Assembly (NCBI RefSeq): GCF_051105105.1
Contig: NZ_CP185339.1
Direction: 5' to 3' (one strand)
DNA from: Nannocystis pusilla
GTDB taxonomy: Bacteria; Myxococcota_A; Polyangia; Nannocystales; Nannocystaceae
DNA length: 64,000 nt
Below, in pieces: positions 9,601-19,700 of this stretch (position 1 is its first letter; each line of letters starts with the position of its first letter). A program made the translations under genes and the position numbers. Under the pieces are notes generated by a model. It made no database searches and had not been told where the DNA came from. It saw nothing but the letters and a program-made list of their open reading frames with translations.

Positions 9601-10004
9601 CCTTAACGGCGTGGCATCTCCGCGCGGGGAGGGCTGGCGATCGTCGACAGCGAGGTCGCCGACAGGGAGGCCGCCGTCGCCCGTCCCTGTCCGGCCTGCG
9701 CGGCCGCATGACGCGAGACCGCGAGGGGCGCGAGGCGTCGAGCATGTGTGGCCCCGTCGGCCTCCGCCTGTTCACGGGCGGAGCTGCGCGCGTCGATGAA
9801 CGGTGAGCGAGACGTTTACGAGGCTGCGACCCGCTGCGGGCGCTCCTCGTCGAGTCGGACGATGGCCGGCGGTTTGATGCAATGAGGGGCCGCATGTCGC
9901 CGATTCATCGCCGCGCGACACGGCGCTTCGAGCGGCGGGGTAGGCCATGCCTCCAGCGCCGCTCGCTCGCGGAGGGATACGCGCGGAGGCGTTGAGCCTG
10001 GCGA

Positions 10005-10090
10005 TGAAGACATGTCTCTTGGGGAATGTCGGATGAGCCATGTCGCGCAGGACATGCTCGGGAGGGCATGTCCGTCAGGGCATGGCGTGG
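10005..10090. repeat. Array of 3-4 CATGTC...GACATG hairpin-family elements overlapping the 3' end of the vWA gene
   Basis: gacatgtctcttggggaatgtc, catgtcgcgcaggacatg and gcatgtccgtcagggcatg. The minus-strand gene's stop (tca, 10075-10077) lies inside the last element. Confidence 0.7.
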
Positions 10091-11662
10091 AGGGTCGGCT
10101 GCAGCATGCCGGCGAGGCAGCCGAGGGCGGCGGTGTAGTCGCTGTCGCAGACGGACTCGATGCAGCAGCGCATGGCGCGTTCGTTGACGGCGGTGTCGGG
10201 GTCGTCGGGGATGTCGAGCGACTGGCAGACTTCCTGGATCCGCCCGGGGGGGACGGCCTGGCCGGCAGGGCCGACGCAGCCGGGGCCGATGCCGAACTCG
10301 AACTGCTTGTCGGCGGGGGTGTCGCTGTCGCCGGGCAAGATGTCGTCGGGCTGCCAGTCGCGGTAGACGAGGGCGTCGACGCCGCCGACGAGCGGCTCGA
10401 ACGGCGGGGCCTGGTTGTGCTCGGTGACCTGCGGGACGCCGCCGAGGACGAGCATGACGACGTCCTTGCCGTGGGCCTGGCGCAGGTCGGCGAGGGCCTC
10501 GGTGTAGCGGGCGACGGGCTGGAGGACGTGCTTGTCCTCGGACATGCACCACTCGTACTCGCCGTCGTCGTCGTCGTCGGCGCAGGTCATGCCGGCGTTC
10601 CAGCACACGGCGCTGGTCGGCTCGGTCCGCTGGCCGCTGCTGGGGTGGGACGGCCAGTACTTGCTGAACTCGGGGTCGTCGTGCAGCTTGGGGTCGAAGT
10701 AGGCGAAGTTGAGGGTGGAGCAGTCGGTCTCGTCGGTGACGATGACGACCGCCAGCGGGGCGCCGGGGCGCAAGAAGGGCCGCTCGCCGATGTTCCACCG
10801 CGCCCCCAGGTCGAGCGCGCGCAGCATGGCCTCGAGCGGCGACTCCATGCCGCAGCCGTCGATGCCCTGCGGGCCGATGCAGGCGAGGGCGTCAGCCGCG
10901 GGGTCGCCCATGCCGTCAGGGTCGATGACGTTGTGGCTGGTGGGGCTGAAGCGGATGAAGGGATCGGTGGGGACCGAGGGGGCAGCCTCGGCGCAGCGCG
11001 AGGTGCAGATCTCGGACATCTCCGGCGGATCGGCGCCAAGGCCGGTAAACCGCGCGAGCCTGTCGGTGCACGGGGTGTCGATCGGCTCGCCGTCGGCGGC
11101 GTCATAGTCGGGCTTCTCGAACGGGGTGCACAGCGGGTGCGGCACGTCGGTGGTGGTGACCATGATGTGCACGTCGGCGCCGACGAGCTGACCGTTGGCG
11201 TCGCTGAGGCCGCGCAGCAGCGAGACGAAGGCAGGGAAGCTGTCGGCGAGCTGGCTCTGCTCCTCGCCCATGGTGCCGGAGTTGTCGATGACGAACAGGA
11301 CGTTCGAGCTGCTCGCAGGCGCCGCCGTCGATGCAGCCGGTCTCCGGCGGCGGGTCCTCACCGGTGGTGACGGGCTCGCCGGTGGTGCCGTCAGGCGGGT
11401 CGCCGGTGGTGCCCGGCGACCCGGTGGTGGTCGGCAGCGGGCCGACTGTGGTGTCGTCGACGTGCTGCGAGGTGACGACGAGGGTGTCGATGCTGATGGT
11501 CTCGGCGCCGTCGGTGTCGCCCGGGAGCTCGCCCAGCGGGCTGGGATCGAGGATGCAGCCGAGATGTACGAAAGGACAGGTGAGAATCACGGCGAGGCAC
11601 GCCCTCGCCGCGGAGGCGATGGGGCTGCGGTGCGTTCGGGAAGTGGGCACGGGTCGTCTCAC
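10075..11662 (-). CDS. vWA-domain lipoprotein; signal, Thr/Pro linker and vWA lie in two frames, so there is an apparent 1-nt frameshift near 11320
   Basis: Frame A (track 11102..11662) has signal/lipobox AVILTCPFVHLGC plus a T/P-rich linker ending ...ETGCIDGGA. Frame B (track 10075..11361) continues AASTAAPASSSNVLFVIDNSGTM (MIDAS DxSxT) through a full vWA domain. Frames differ by 1 nt around ggcggcgcctgcgagc. Confidence 0.6.
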
Positions 11663-11674
11663 CCGCCGCGGGGG

Positions 11675-12385
11675 TCAGGGCTGCGCGGCCGATCCATTAC
11701 AGAGGGTGGCCGCCCGGTCGACCAGAGGCGAGCCCGGAAAACGCCGCGGGAAGCTGGCGGCCAGATCGCGGGCGGCGTCGCGCTGCCCGAGGGCGCAGCG
11801 GGCCTCGATCTCGAGCAGGCTGCGCTCGGCGGCCAAAATGCCGCCCGGGAACCGCCGGGCGTGCTCCTCGATAAGCTGCAGGCGTTCGCCAGGCGCGGCC
11901 AGCTTGGCCCGCCGCAGCAGGTCGACCTCGGCGGCGACGGTGTCCTCACGCGCAGGGCGGCGCGCCTTGGAGGTGTCCGCAGGGACAGGCTTGTCGGTGG
12001 GGAGCGCCTCGGGTGCGACCTCGGGCGCCGGAGCGGGCGCGGAGGCGCGGGCCGGATCGGGACGCTGGACGGACTCGGCGGTGTGGGTCGCGTCGTCTTC
12101 GCGGGCCTGGTACGGAGCAGCGACGTGGGTCTGCGGCGCCTCGCCGCCCTTCATGACGGCCCAGGTGAGAGCCAGCAGGACGCCGGCCGCCAAGGCGAAG
12201 CCGGCGAGCACCCGCGGGGCGAGGCGCGAGCGAGAGGGCGCTTCGTCGTCTAGATCGTCGCCGCCGCCCTCCTCGACGCGCTGCTCGAGCGCGGCGAGGA
12301 CTCGGTCGGCGATCGCGCGGTCGGGCGACTCGGCGCTGCGAAATGCGGCCAGGCGCGCCCGCGCCTCCGAACTCAGCGGTTCCAT
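11675..12385 (-). CDS. Anti-sigma factor (single TM, TPR-like C-terminal region)
   Basis: MEPLSSEARARLAAFR... starts 13 nt before the sigma gene stop. One TM helix VLAGFALAAGVLLALTWAV. It lies in the frame of track ORF 11675..12940. Confidence 0.65.
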   Translation of the reverse strand: MEPLSSEARARLAAFRSAESPDRAIADRVLAALEQRVEEGGGDDLDDEAPSRSRLAPRVLAGFALAAGVLLALTWAVMKGGEAPQTHVAAPYQAREDDATHTAESVQRPDPARASAPAPAPEVAPEALPTDKPVPADTSKARRPAREDTVAAEVDLLRRAKLAAPGERLQLIEEHARRFPGGILAAERSLLEIEARCALGQRDAARDLAASFPRRFPGSPLVDRAATLCNGSAAQP

Positions 12386-12940
12386 GCTGCTTGCCTCCCA
12401 TCCGCTCGTTCGGTCTCGGCGATGGCCCGCTCGAACTCGGCCCGAGCGGCCCGCAGACGCGAATAAACGGTGTTCAATTTGACATCGAGGGCCTGGGAGA
12501 TCTCCGGCGCCGTGAAGCCCTCGAGGTCGGCGAGGATGAAGACCATGCGCTTGTCGTTGTCGAGGCTGTCGAGGAAGCGTTGCACGAAATCGGCGGCCTC
12601 GGCGCGTTCGGCGACGCGCTCGCGCGGTTGATGGGTGTGGACGACGGCGAATGCCTGGATCCGGCGCTCGTGGCGCCGGAGGCCGCGGCGGAAGTCGCTG
12701 GCGACCCGCCGCGCGGTGCCGAACAGCCAACTCCGCAGCGAGATTCTGCGGGTCGAGGCCCGGGAGGCGGCGGTGCAGCACGAGGAACACGTCCTGGGCG
12801 GCGTCCTCGAGCTGGTCATAAGGGACCCCGAGGCGGCGAAGGATCCGCCAGACGAGGTCGAAGTATGCGTAGTACACGGTGGCGAACCCGCGCTGCGCGT
12901 GCTCCTCGGGGCCAGATATGGGCGGCTGAAGCTTCAGCAC
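12373..12940 (-). CDS. ECF (sigma-70 family) RNA polymerase sigma factor with an apparent +1 frameshift between regions 2.2 and 2.3 (~12760)
   Basis: Region 2 (FATVYYAYFDLVWRILRRLGV...EDAAQDVFLVLHRRLPGLDPQN) sits in the frame of ORF 11675..12940. Regions 2.3-4 (SWLFGTARRVASDFRR...FTAPEISQALDVKLNTVYSRLRAAR) sit in ORF 12373..12819. The switch is around aatctcgctgcgg. Confidence 0.7.
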
Positions 12941-12949
12941 GGCAGGTAC

Positions 12950-14029
12950 TTATTTCTTTGGCCGGGCCGAGGTCGATCCGTCACGCCGCGCGCCGGGCCC
13001 GAGACGAATCTCGAGGCCGCCGCCGAAGCGCACGCCGACCGGCTGGGTGATGAAGACGAGCTCGTCGCTGACGGTGAACTGGGCCCGCAGCGGGGCGATG
13101 ACGAAGTCGGTGCGGACGCCGAGGCCGACCCGCGGGTGCGGCGACCACACGAGGCCGAGTCCGAGCAGGACGGCGAACCAGGGCGGGCGGGCCTGTCGGC
13201 GGTCGATGGTGATGCCGGCGCCCTCGGCGAGGAGCTGACCGCCCTCGAGGCCGAGGCACACCGGGATCTCGAGCGAACCGGGGAGGAACCGGCCGCAACC
13301 GCGGACCCCCAGGGCCCAGCGGGCGACGACGCCGACCCGGGCGTCCTCGAAGGTCAGCGGGCGCGCCGGCATGTAGTGGCCCACGGCCTCGACGCGGAGG
13401 CGGTGGTAGAGGAAGCCGAACGCGCCGCCGATGTCGCCGGCGATCGTCGGGGTGGCGCCGGCGTCGATCGCCCCGTCGACGCGAAGGAGGACGCTGAGCT
13501 TGTGGGCGCGCGCGGGGCGGGCCGGGGGCGGACGCGAGGGCGGAGTGGCGGGCGGCTCAGGCGGGGGATCGCTGGCCGGCGGGGGATCGCTGGCCGGCGG
13601 GGGCTCGGGTCCGAGGGGCGCGGGCTCGACGAGGTCGGGCGGCGGCGGGACGGGGGTCGGAGGGGCGGGCTCGGGTCCGGGCTCGGGTTCAGGGGCCGGG
13701 GGCGCGAGCTGGTTGGCGAACTCGAGCGGGTCGATGGCGATGGCGATGATCAGGGCCGCGGCGCCGTCGAGCGACTCGCAAGCGTCGGCGCGCTCGACCC
13801 GGCGCTGAGTGAGGCGCTGCGTGTGGATGTCGAGCCGCAGCTCGTAGCGCCCGGCGACCCGGCGGACGACGCCGCGCACGCGCACGCCCTCGAGGTCGGG
13901 CGGTCGGGTGAGGGCGGCCAGAGCTTCGAGGACGTTGTCGCGGGTCGGGCAGCCGGCCGGGGCGCGCCACTCGATCGCGGGCGGTCCGGCCAGCGACAGG
14001 AGGAGCAGCGCGGAGGTCGGACCGAGCAT
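12950..14029 (-). CDS. Secreted hypothetical protein with Pro-rich linker, first gene of the sigma/anti-sigma/vWA cluster
   Basis: Internal start MLGPTSALLLLSLAGPPA (signal) in track ORF 12950..14149. Linker PPASDPPPASDPPP is encoded by a 21-bp DNA duplication. Beta-rich C-terminal domain. Stop is 10 nt from the sigma start. Confidence 0.5.
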   Translation of the reverse strand: MLGPTSALLLLSLAGPPAIEWRAPAGCPTRDNVLEALAALTRPPDLEGVRVRGVVRRVAGRYELRLDIHTQRLTQRRVERADACESLDGAAALIIAIAIDPLEFANQLAPPAPEPEPGPEPAPPTPVPPPPDLVEPAPLGPEPPPASDPPPASDPPPEPPATPPSRPPPARPARAHKLSVLLRVDGAIDAGATPTIAGDIGGAFGFLYHRLRVEAVGHYMPARPLTFEDARVGVVARWALGVRGCGRFLPGSLEIPVCLGLEGGQLLAEGAGITIDRRQARPPWFAVLLGLGLVWSPHPRVGLGVRTDFVIAPLRAQFTVSDELVFITQPVGVRFGGGLEIRLGPGARRDGSTSARPKK

Positions 14030-14318
14030 GGACGCAGCAGCCTCGGATGGTAGACGCGAGCCCCGCCGGGACGCCAGGGGGCTGCGGCGGGGCGATGGTG
14101 AGTTTGTTCGGCGTTCGGTGGCGTAGCGGTGAGCTGTCCTTCGGGACATGTGAGCAGCGAGCGCGACGCGGCGCCGGGGCGGAACCGCCCCGGCGCGCCG
14201 GGGCGCTCACGGCCGTGTCCGCGGGGTGTCAGCGCGGGCCCGGGGGCGGCGTTGTGGGGCTGCACGCCGAGGCACGAGGCTGTCAAGCTGGCCCGTGTCC
14301 CGGCCCAAGGAGACGCGC

Positions 14319-16490
14319 ATGAACCCGTGGATGAAGTGGATCCTCCTGGCGACCCCGCTCGCGCTGACGCAGTGCCGCTCGAGCTCGGTGACCCCGATCG
14401 GCACGGTGACGCCCGACGGCAACAACAACGTGATGCTGGCGCACGGGCAAGGGGACGTGGCCTACGAGGCGCCGCCGCACACGTTCTCGGCGCGTCCGCA
14501 TCCGCCGCGCAACCGCAGCGACGCGCCGCCGCCGAACCTGGCGGCGCTGCCGAAGATGGTGTCGCGGATCGATCAGTGCTACGGGCCGAGCGGCGGGGCC
14601 ATCGCGTCCGGTGGCGGTCCTTCGGGCGGGCCGATCCCCAAGCCGATCAAGAAGTCGACGCCGCCGAAGCCGAAGTACAAGCAGGTGACCTACGGCGGCG
14701 GCTCGGCGCCTCCGCCCGCGCCGTCGCCGATCCAGACGACGCCGTCGGCGGGGGCGCTCGGCAAGGGCGAGGGGGCGGCGGGTCGCGGCAGCAGCGGGGG
14801 ATTCGATGCCGGCGCAGCGGCGCCGCAGTCTCCTCCGCCGCCGCCGGTGACCGCCTCGAAGTCGGCGAACACGCGGGGGGACGCCGACATGCGGCGGGCC
14901 GAGAAGGCCGAGCAGAAGAAAAAGAAGGACTCGGGCCGCGGGCGCGACAAGGCGGCCGAGGAGCGCCCGGCCGCGAGCGCGCCGGCGCCGGCCGAGGCGC
15001 AGGTGGCCCGCGACGAGGCGGAGGACGCGAGCTCGGTGGCGTACGAGCCGGTCCAGCAGGTCGGCAACGACGACACGCAGTACAGCGACTGGGGTCAGGC
15101 GACGTACCTGTCGAACGACGACACGATGAGCCTGTCGTCGGCGCAGCGGGTGATCTTCGCCATCGACAAGTTCCTGCCGGTGCCGCTCGAGCACATCCGG
15201 CCGCACGAGCTGCTCAACTACTTCTCGTTCGAGACGGCCGAGGTGGCGCCGACCGACGACTTCTCGGTGCTGCCCGAGATCGCCAAAGATCCGAAGCAGG
15301 ACGGGATCTACAACCTGGCGCTGGCGATCCGCGGGCGCCCGGTCGACAAGCAGGCGCGGCGCAACGGCAACCTGACGTTCGTGGTCGACCGCTCGGGGTC
15401 GATGAGCGACGAGGGCCGCATGGACTACCTCAAGCGGGGCATGCGGAAGATGATGGGCGAGCTCAAGACCGGCGACCTCGTCAACGTGGTGCTGTTCGAC
15501 CACGAGGTGTGCGTGCCGGTCGAGAACTTCGTGGTCGGGCGCGACAAGCCGGAGGTGCTCGAGAAGGCGATCGAGCGCATGAAGCCGCGCGGGTCGACCG
15601 ACGTGCACGCGGGCCTGACCCGCGGCTACGAGCTGGCCGACCGCGGCTACCAGCACACCTACAACAACCGCGTGGTGCTCGTCACCGACGCGCTCGCCAA
15701 CACCGGCAACACCGACCCGCGGACCATGTCGATGGTGGCCAAGTACTACGACGAGCGGAAGATCCGCCTGTCGGGCGTCGGCGTCGGCACCGAGTTCAAC
15801 GACGCGCTGCTCGACAGGCTGACCGAGCGCGGCAAGGGGGCCTACGTGTTCCTCGGCTCCGAGGCCGAGGTCGACGCGGTGTTCGGCCCGCGCTTCATCT
15901 CGCTGCTCGAGACGACGGCGATGGACGTCCACTTCCAGCTGCACCTGCCGCCGTCGCTGCGCATGAACGTGTTCTACGGCGAGGAGAGCTCGGCGGTGAA
16001 GGAGGACGTGCAGGCGATCCACTACTTCGCCAACACGTCGCAGCTGTTCCTGTCCGACCTGATGGCGCGCGGCAAGAAGCTGCGGCCGCAGGACCAGATC
16101 ATGCTGACCATCGAGTACGAGGACCCGGAGTCGGGGCAGAAGATGGTCGAGGAGCGGGCGTTCCAGCTGGCGGAGATCGAGCGCGAGGCCTACAACATCC
16201 GCAAGGGCCGCCTGCTGATCGCGTGGGCCGATCGCCTGGCGCTGATGGCCTCGCGGCCGCAGCCGATCGGCACCGCGCCGGTCGCCGGGGCCTGGATCGA
16301 CGCCGACGGCTGGCAGCAGTGCGAGCAGGGCAAGGCCGACCTGCGCGACATGGCCCAGGGGATGAACGACCCCGAGGTCACCCGCGTGCTGTCGCTGTGG
16401 GACAAGTTCTGCGCGCGCTACGAGCAGCCGCGCAACCCCGTGCGCCGCACCCCGGCGTCCGGGCCCGACGCGTGGCCGTCGGCCCGCTGA
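14319..16490 (+). CDS. vWA-domain lipoprotein (BatA/VIT-like architecture)
   Basis: Start MNPWMKWILLATPLALTQC (lipobox) with GGAG upstream, within track ORF 14226..16490. Contains LTFVVDRSGSMSDEGRMDY (MIDAS). Divergent from the sigma cluster. Confidence 0.75.
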   Translation: MNPWMKWILLATPLALTQCRSSSVTPIGTVTPDGNNNVMLAHGQGDVAYEAPPHTFSARPHPPRNRSDAPPPNLAALPKMVSRIDQCYGPSGGAIASGGGPSGGPIPKPIKKSTPPKPKYKQVTYGGGSAPPPAPSPIQTTPSAGALGKGEGAAGRGSSGGFDAGAAAPQSPPPPPVTASKSANTRGDADMRRAEKAEQKKKKDSGRGRDKAAEERPAASAPAPAEAQVARDEAEDASSVAYEPVQQVGNDDTQYSDWGQATYLSNDDTMSLSSAQRVIFAIDKFLPVPLEHIRPHELLNYFSFETAEVAPTDDFSVLPEIAKDPKQDGIYNLALAIRGRPVDKQARRNGNLTFVVDRSGSMSDEGRMDYLKRGMRKMMGELKTGDLVNVVLFDHEVCVPVENFVVGRDKPEVLEKAIERMKPRGSTDVHAGLTRGYELADRGYQHTYNNRVVLVTDALANTGNTDPRTMSMVAKYYDERKIRLSGVGVGTEFNDALLDRLTERGKGAYVFLGSEAEVDAVFGPRFISLLETTAMDVHFQLHLPPSLRMNVFYGEESSAVKEDVQAIHYFANTSQLFLSDLMARGKKLRPQDQIMLTIEYEDPESGQKMVEERAFQLAEIEREAYNIRKGRLLIAWADRLALMASRPQPIGTAPVAGAWIDADGWQQCEQGKADLRDMAQGMNDPEVTRVLSLWDKFCARYEQPRNPVRRTPASGPDAWPSAR

Positions 16491-16597
16491 GGACGACGAC
16501 GAGGAAGGCCGCGTGCCGACGCTCCGTGAGCGGCGGCCGCGGCCTTCTGTTTCGGGGCGCTCACCGGCGTGAGCGGGCTCGGAGCCTGGCCCTGGGA

Positions 16598-16665
16598 GCA
16601 TGTCCTGAAGAGCCTGTCCTCCGGAGCATGCTCCGGAGGACCTGCCCTTCGGGTCACATGCAGGG
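16598..16665. repeat. Palindrome cluster between convergent gene ends, including a perfect 24-nt palindrome TCCTCCGGAGCATGCTCCGGAGGA
   Basis: gcatgtcctgaagagcctgtcctccggagcatgctccggaggacctgcccttcgggtcacatgcaggg. Lies between the vWA stop (16490) and the Cys-rich lipoprotein stop (16654). Confidence 0.7.
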
Positions 16666-17409
16666 CGGCGAGGCCTCGATCGTGTGGCCGCAGTGGACCT
16701 GGGCCTCGGCCGGGCCGGTGGCGGCGATCGTGAGGTGGTAGAGGCGGCAGGCGAGGGTGTTGCCGGCGGCGTCCTCGGTGTTGTACGGCTCGGTGTCCAT
16801 GAAGTTGGCGCAGGTGGCCATGCAGTCGCCGGGGCTCGGGTGCTCGGTCGGGCAGATCGAGGTGGCGATCGCGCAGAAGCCCTCGCAGCTCTGGCCGCAC
16901 GCGCCGGCGCCGCTGGGGCCGGCGTGGATGCAGTGGACGCCCGGATCGATCGAGGCCATGCCGGCGTGGTAGGCCCGGCAGGACAGCGAGTTGCCGGAGG
17001 TCTCGCCCGGCGAGCCCGGCGGGAGGCCGCCGCAGGCGCCGAGGCAGCTCTCGTTGCTCGGGTACTGGGCGTTGGTGCCGGTGCAGCTGCCCATCATCGC
17101 CGCGCAGTACATCTGGCAGCCGACGTTGGTGTCGCCGCCGGTGCTCGAGGTGCCGGTGGTCGGGTCGCTGGTGCTGGTGAGCGGATCGACGTTGCTGGTG
17201 GTGGTCGAGGTGGTGGGCTCGCCGGAGGTCCAGTCGGTCGTGGAGGTGCTGGTCGTCGTGGTGGTCGTGACGTCGCCGCTGACCTGGGTCGCGGTCGTGG
17301 TCATGACGGTGGTGCTCGCGGCCTGGCCGGTGTCGTCACCGCGCGAGTCGTCGAAGCAGGCGGGGAGCAGGAGGGTAACGAGGAGGGGAAGGTAGGCGCG
17401 AGAGGTCAT
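16654..17409 (-). CDS. Cys-rich lipoprotein with Thr-rich linker (paralog A)
   Basis: Start MTSRAYLPLLVTLLLPAC (lipobox) in track ORF 16654..17442. Poly-Thr linker. About 150-aa domain with ~16 Cys (CxxMMGSC...YHAG...HC). Ends SPPCM. Confidence 0.7.
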   Translation of the reverse strand: MTSRAYLPLLVTLLLPACFDDSRGDDTGQAASTTVMTTTATQVSGDVTTTTTTSTSTTDWTSGEPTTSTTTSNVDPLTSTSDPTTGTSSTGGDTNVGCQMYCAAMMGSCTGTNAQYPSNESCLGACGGLPPGSPGETSGNSLSCRAYHAGMASIDPGVHCIHAGPSGAGACGQSCEGFCAIATSICPTEHPSPGDCMATCANFMDTEPYNTEDAAGNTLACRLYHLTIAATGPAEAQVHCGHTIEASPPCM

Positions 17410-17460
17410 GCGTGGGCCTTGCGTGGCGGCGTGAACCGGCATGGTCGAAGGGACATGTCT

Positions 17461-18159
17461 TTACATGCAGGGTGGGGAGTTCTGGAGGGTGTGCGGGCAG
17501 TGCACGGCGGCGTCGGTCTCGCCGGTGGCCGCGACGGTGAGGTGGTAGAGGCGGCAGGCGAGGGTGTCGCCGGCGACGTTGCCGACGTTGAACTCCTCGT
17601 CGTCGGTGAAGCCGGCGCAGGTGGCGAGGCAGGCCTCGAGGCTCGGGTGCTCGCCGGGGCAGACGGACACGGCGAGGGCGCAGAAGCCGTCGCAGTTGTC
17701 GCCGCAGGCGCCGCCGCCGCTGGGGCCGGCGTGGACGCAGTGGGTGGGCGCGTCGGTGGCGGCGGCGTCGGTGTGGTAGCGGCGGCAGGCGTAGCTGTTG
17801 CCCGAGACGTCACCGCGCGCGCCGGCGGGGAAGCTGGCGCAGGCGCGCTTGCAGCTGTCGGCGCTCGGGTACTGGGCCTGCGGGTCGAGACAGTTCGTCA
17901 TGACGTTGGCGCAGTAGTCGGCGCACAGCGCCTCGTCGACGCCGGTGGTCGCGGTCTCGGTGTCGCTGGAGGTGGTCGACGTGGTGGTGAGCTCGGCGGT
18001 GGTGGGCCCGGCGGTGGTGGGCCCGGGGGTCGTGGCGGCGGCGGAGGTCGTGGTCGTGCTGCTGCCGTCGCTGCCGCTGCCGGTGCTCTCGTCCCCGGGC
18101 TCCGACTTGCAGGCGGCGAGCACGAGCGCGACGACGAGCGCGGTGGCCGGCTTCCCCAT
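17461..18159 (-). CDS. Cys-rich lipoprotein with Thr-rich linker (paralog B)
   Basis: 232 aa. Lipobox LVLAAC. Same Cys spacing and same C-terminus (SPPCM) as paralog A. A GACATGTC palindrome lies between the two genes (17440-17462). Confidence 0.7.
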   Translation of the reverse strand: MGKPATALVVALVLAACKSEPGDESTGSGSDGSSTTTTSAAATTPGPTTAGPTTAELTTTSTTSSDTETATTGVDEALCADYCANVMTNCLDPQAQYPSADSCKRACASFPAGARGDVSGNSYACRRYHTDAAATDAPTHCVHAGPSGGGACGDNCDGFCALAVSVCPGEHPSLEACLATCAGFTDDEEFNVGNVAGDTLACRLYHLTVAATGETDAAVHCPHTLQNSPPCM

Positions 18160-18310
18160 GGCGATCCGCAGTCTGCGGCCCGCGCGATCGCGTTGTCAAC
18201 CGCGGTCCGTGGGGCCGGAGAGCCGCAGCGGCGGCGCGTGATGCCTGTCTGAAAGGACAGGTGAGCAGAGGAGGCGGGCGCGGGGCCGCGGCGCGGCGCG
18301 TGGTCGCGCG

Positions 18311-18628
18311 TCAGCGCAGGCAGACGTGGCTGATCTCCTCGGCCGAGGCGGCCCGCGCGATGCACCCACGCGCGCCCGGCGGGAGCGACAGGCCCTCGCA
18401 GCGCTGCAGCTCGGGGACGAACCGCCGCGCGAACTCCTGCTGCTTGCGCCGCGTGAGTTCGGGGTCGCGGTAGCCCTGCTCGGCGAGCTCGAGAGCGACG
18501 ATCCGGTCGAGGATGACGGCGCAGTCGTCCGCGCCGGCCCGCTCCGAGCGACACGTGAGCAGCAACAGCGCGAGGCCCAGCGGGGCGAGGCGGGGCGGCT
18601 TCGGGGTCGGTGGCTGCGGGTCGAGCAT
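18311..18628 (-). CDS. Small secreted hypothetical protein (105 aa, 5 Cys)
   Basis: Signal LAPLGLALLLLTC. Immediately downstream of tonB. Confidence 0.45.
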   Translation of the reverse strand: MLDPQPPTPKPPRLAPLGLALLLLTCRSERAGADDCAVILDRIVALELAEQGYRDPELTRRKQQEFARRFVPELQRCEGLSLPPGARGCIARAASAEEISHVCLR

Positions 18629-18677
18629 GGGCGGCGATGGAGCGGTCTTCAGGACATGTCTCGAAGTGCAGGCGGAA

Positions 18678-19514
18678 TCAGCGGTCGCGGGTGAAGTGGA
18701 CGCGGATGGCAGGCGAGCGGGCGCGGACCGGGCGGCCGTCGCGGTCGAGGGCGGGGGTGAAGCGGGTGCGGCGGGCGCAGGCGAGGGCGGCGGCGCCGAA
18801 GCCGTCGCCGGGATCGGCGACGAGCTCGGCGGACTCGACGACGCCGCGGGCGTCGACGACGACGCGGATCGTGGTGACCTGTTCGTCGAGCGCGAGGCCG
18901 TCGGCCTCGAGCGGCCAGGGGCAGTTCCACTCGTCGCTGGCGAGGGCGACCGGGCGCGAGCGATCGACGGCGCCGGGTGGGGCAGGCGGAGGGCTGGCGG
19001 GCGGCGCGGGCGACGGCGACGGCTCCGAGCTGGCGTTCGGGACAGGTTTGGTGCCGGTGCCGGTCGAGCTGGTGGCGCCGCCGACGTAGGCGCTGGCGCT
19101 GCCGACGACGACGACGTTGCCGGTGAGGTCGAGGGCGCCCGGCGGGGCGGCGACGACCTTGCCGGCGCCGGCGGGGGCGGGCCGGGCCGGTCGCGCGGGC
19201 GCGGGCGCCGGCGGGGTCGCGGCGACGGCGGGGGCCGGCTCGTTGGCGGGCGGGGGCGGCTCTGACGGGGGCGGCTCGGGCGGCGGAGGCGGGGGCTCGG
19301 TGCGCTCGACGTCGGCGAGCTGCAGGCGGGTCAGCTCGTCGTGGACGCGCGCGGCCATGGTGGCGCTCCAGGTCTCCAGCGTGGGCTGGGCCCGCAAGAT
19401 CATCACCGCGACGCCGAGGTGCAGGAGGACGGCGACGATGATCGCGTGGTGCCGCCGCGAGGCCGGCGGCGCGGCGGCGGCGAACACCTGGGCGGCGATG
19501 CCCGGCCGGGTCAC
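18678..19514 (-). CDS. tonB: Energy transducer TonB (TM anchor, Pro-rich spacer, TonB_C domain)
   Basis: TM HHAIIVAVLLHLGVAVMIL. PPPPPPEPPPSEPPPP spacer. C-terminal VTTIRVVVDARGVVESAELVADPGDGFGAAALACARRTRFTPALDRDGRPVRARSPAIRVHF. Confidence 0.8.
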   Translation of the reverse strand: MTRPGIAAQVFAAAAPPASRRHHAIIVAVLLHLGVAVMILRAQPTLETWSATMAARVHDELTRLQLADVERTEPPPPPPEPPPSEPPPPANEPAPAVAATPPAPAPARPARPAPAGAGKVVAAPPGALDLTGNVVVVGSASAYVGGATSSTGTGTKPVPNASSEPSPSPAPPASPPPAPPGAVDRSRPVALASDEWNCPWPLEADGLALDEQVTTIRVVVDARGVVESAELVADPGDGFGAAALACARRTRFTPALDRDGRPVRARSPAIRVHFTRDR

Positions 19515-19524
19515 GCGCGGACCT

Positions 19525-19700
19525 CCGCGGCTGTTTTAAAAGACAGGTGAGGCGCGGCGGCGCTCGCCCGGGCTCGCGGCAGGGCTCGTGGAGGCGCCTG
19601 CACGAGCGCGGGGGAGGATGGCCCGAGGGACAGGTGGTGAGCCGCGCCGGGCGCGGCGGAGGATGTCCTGAACGACATGTGATTCGACGACCGGGTCACG
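19525..19700. repeat. Cluster of hairpin-family elements between tonB and exbD
   Basis: ctgttttaaaagacagg, gagggacaggtg and gatgtcctgaacgacatg. Confidence 0.5.

Noticed and set aside
9905-10798. Track ORF 9905..10798 (-) as a gene downstream of the vWA lipoprotein
   Set aside because: It is Arg/Pro-rich low-complexity sequence that overlaps the well-supported vWA CDS in another frame. It is probably non-coding.
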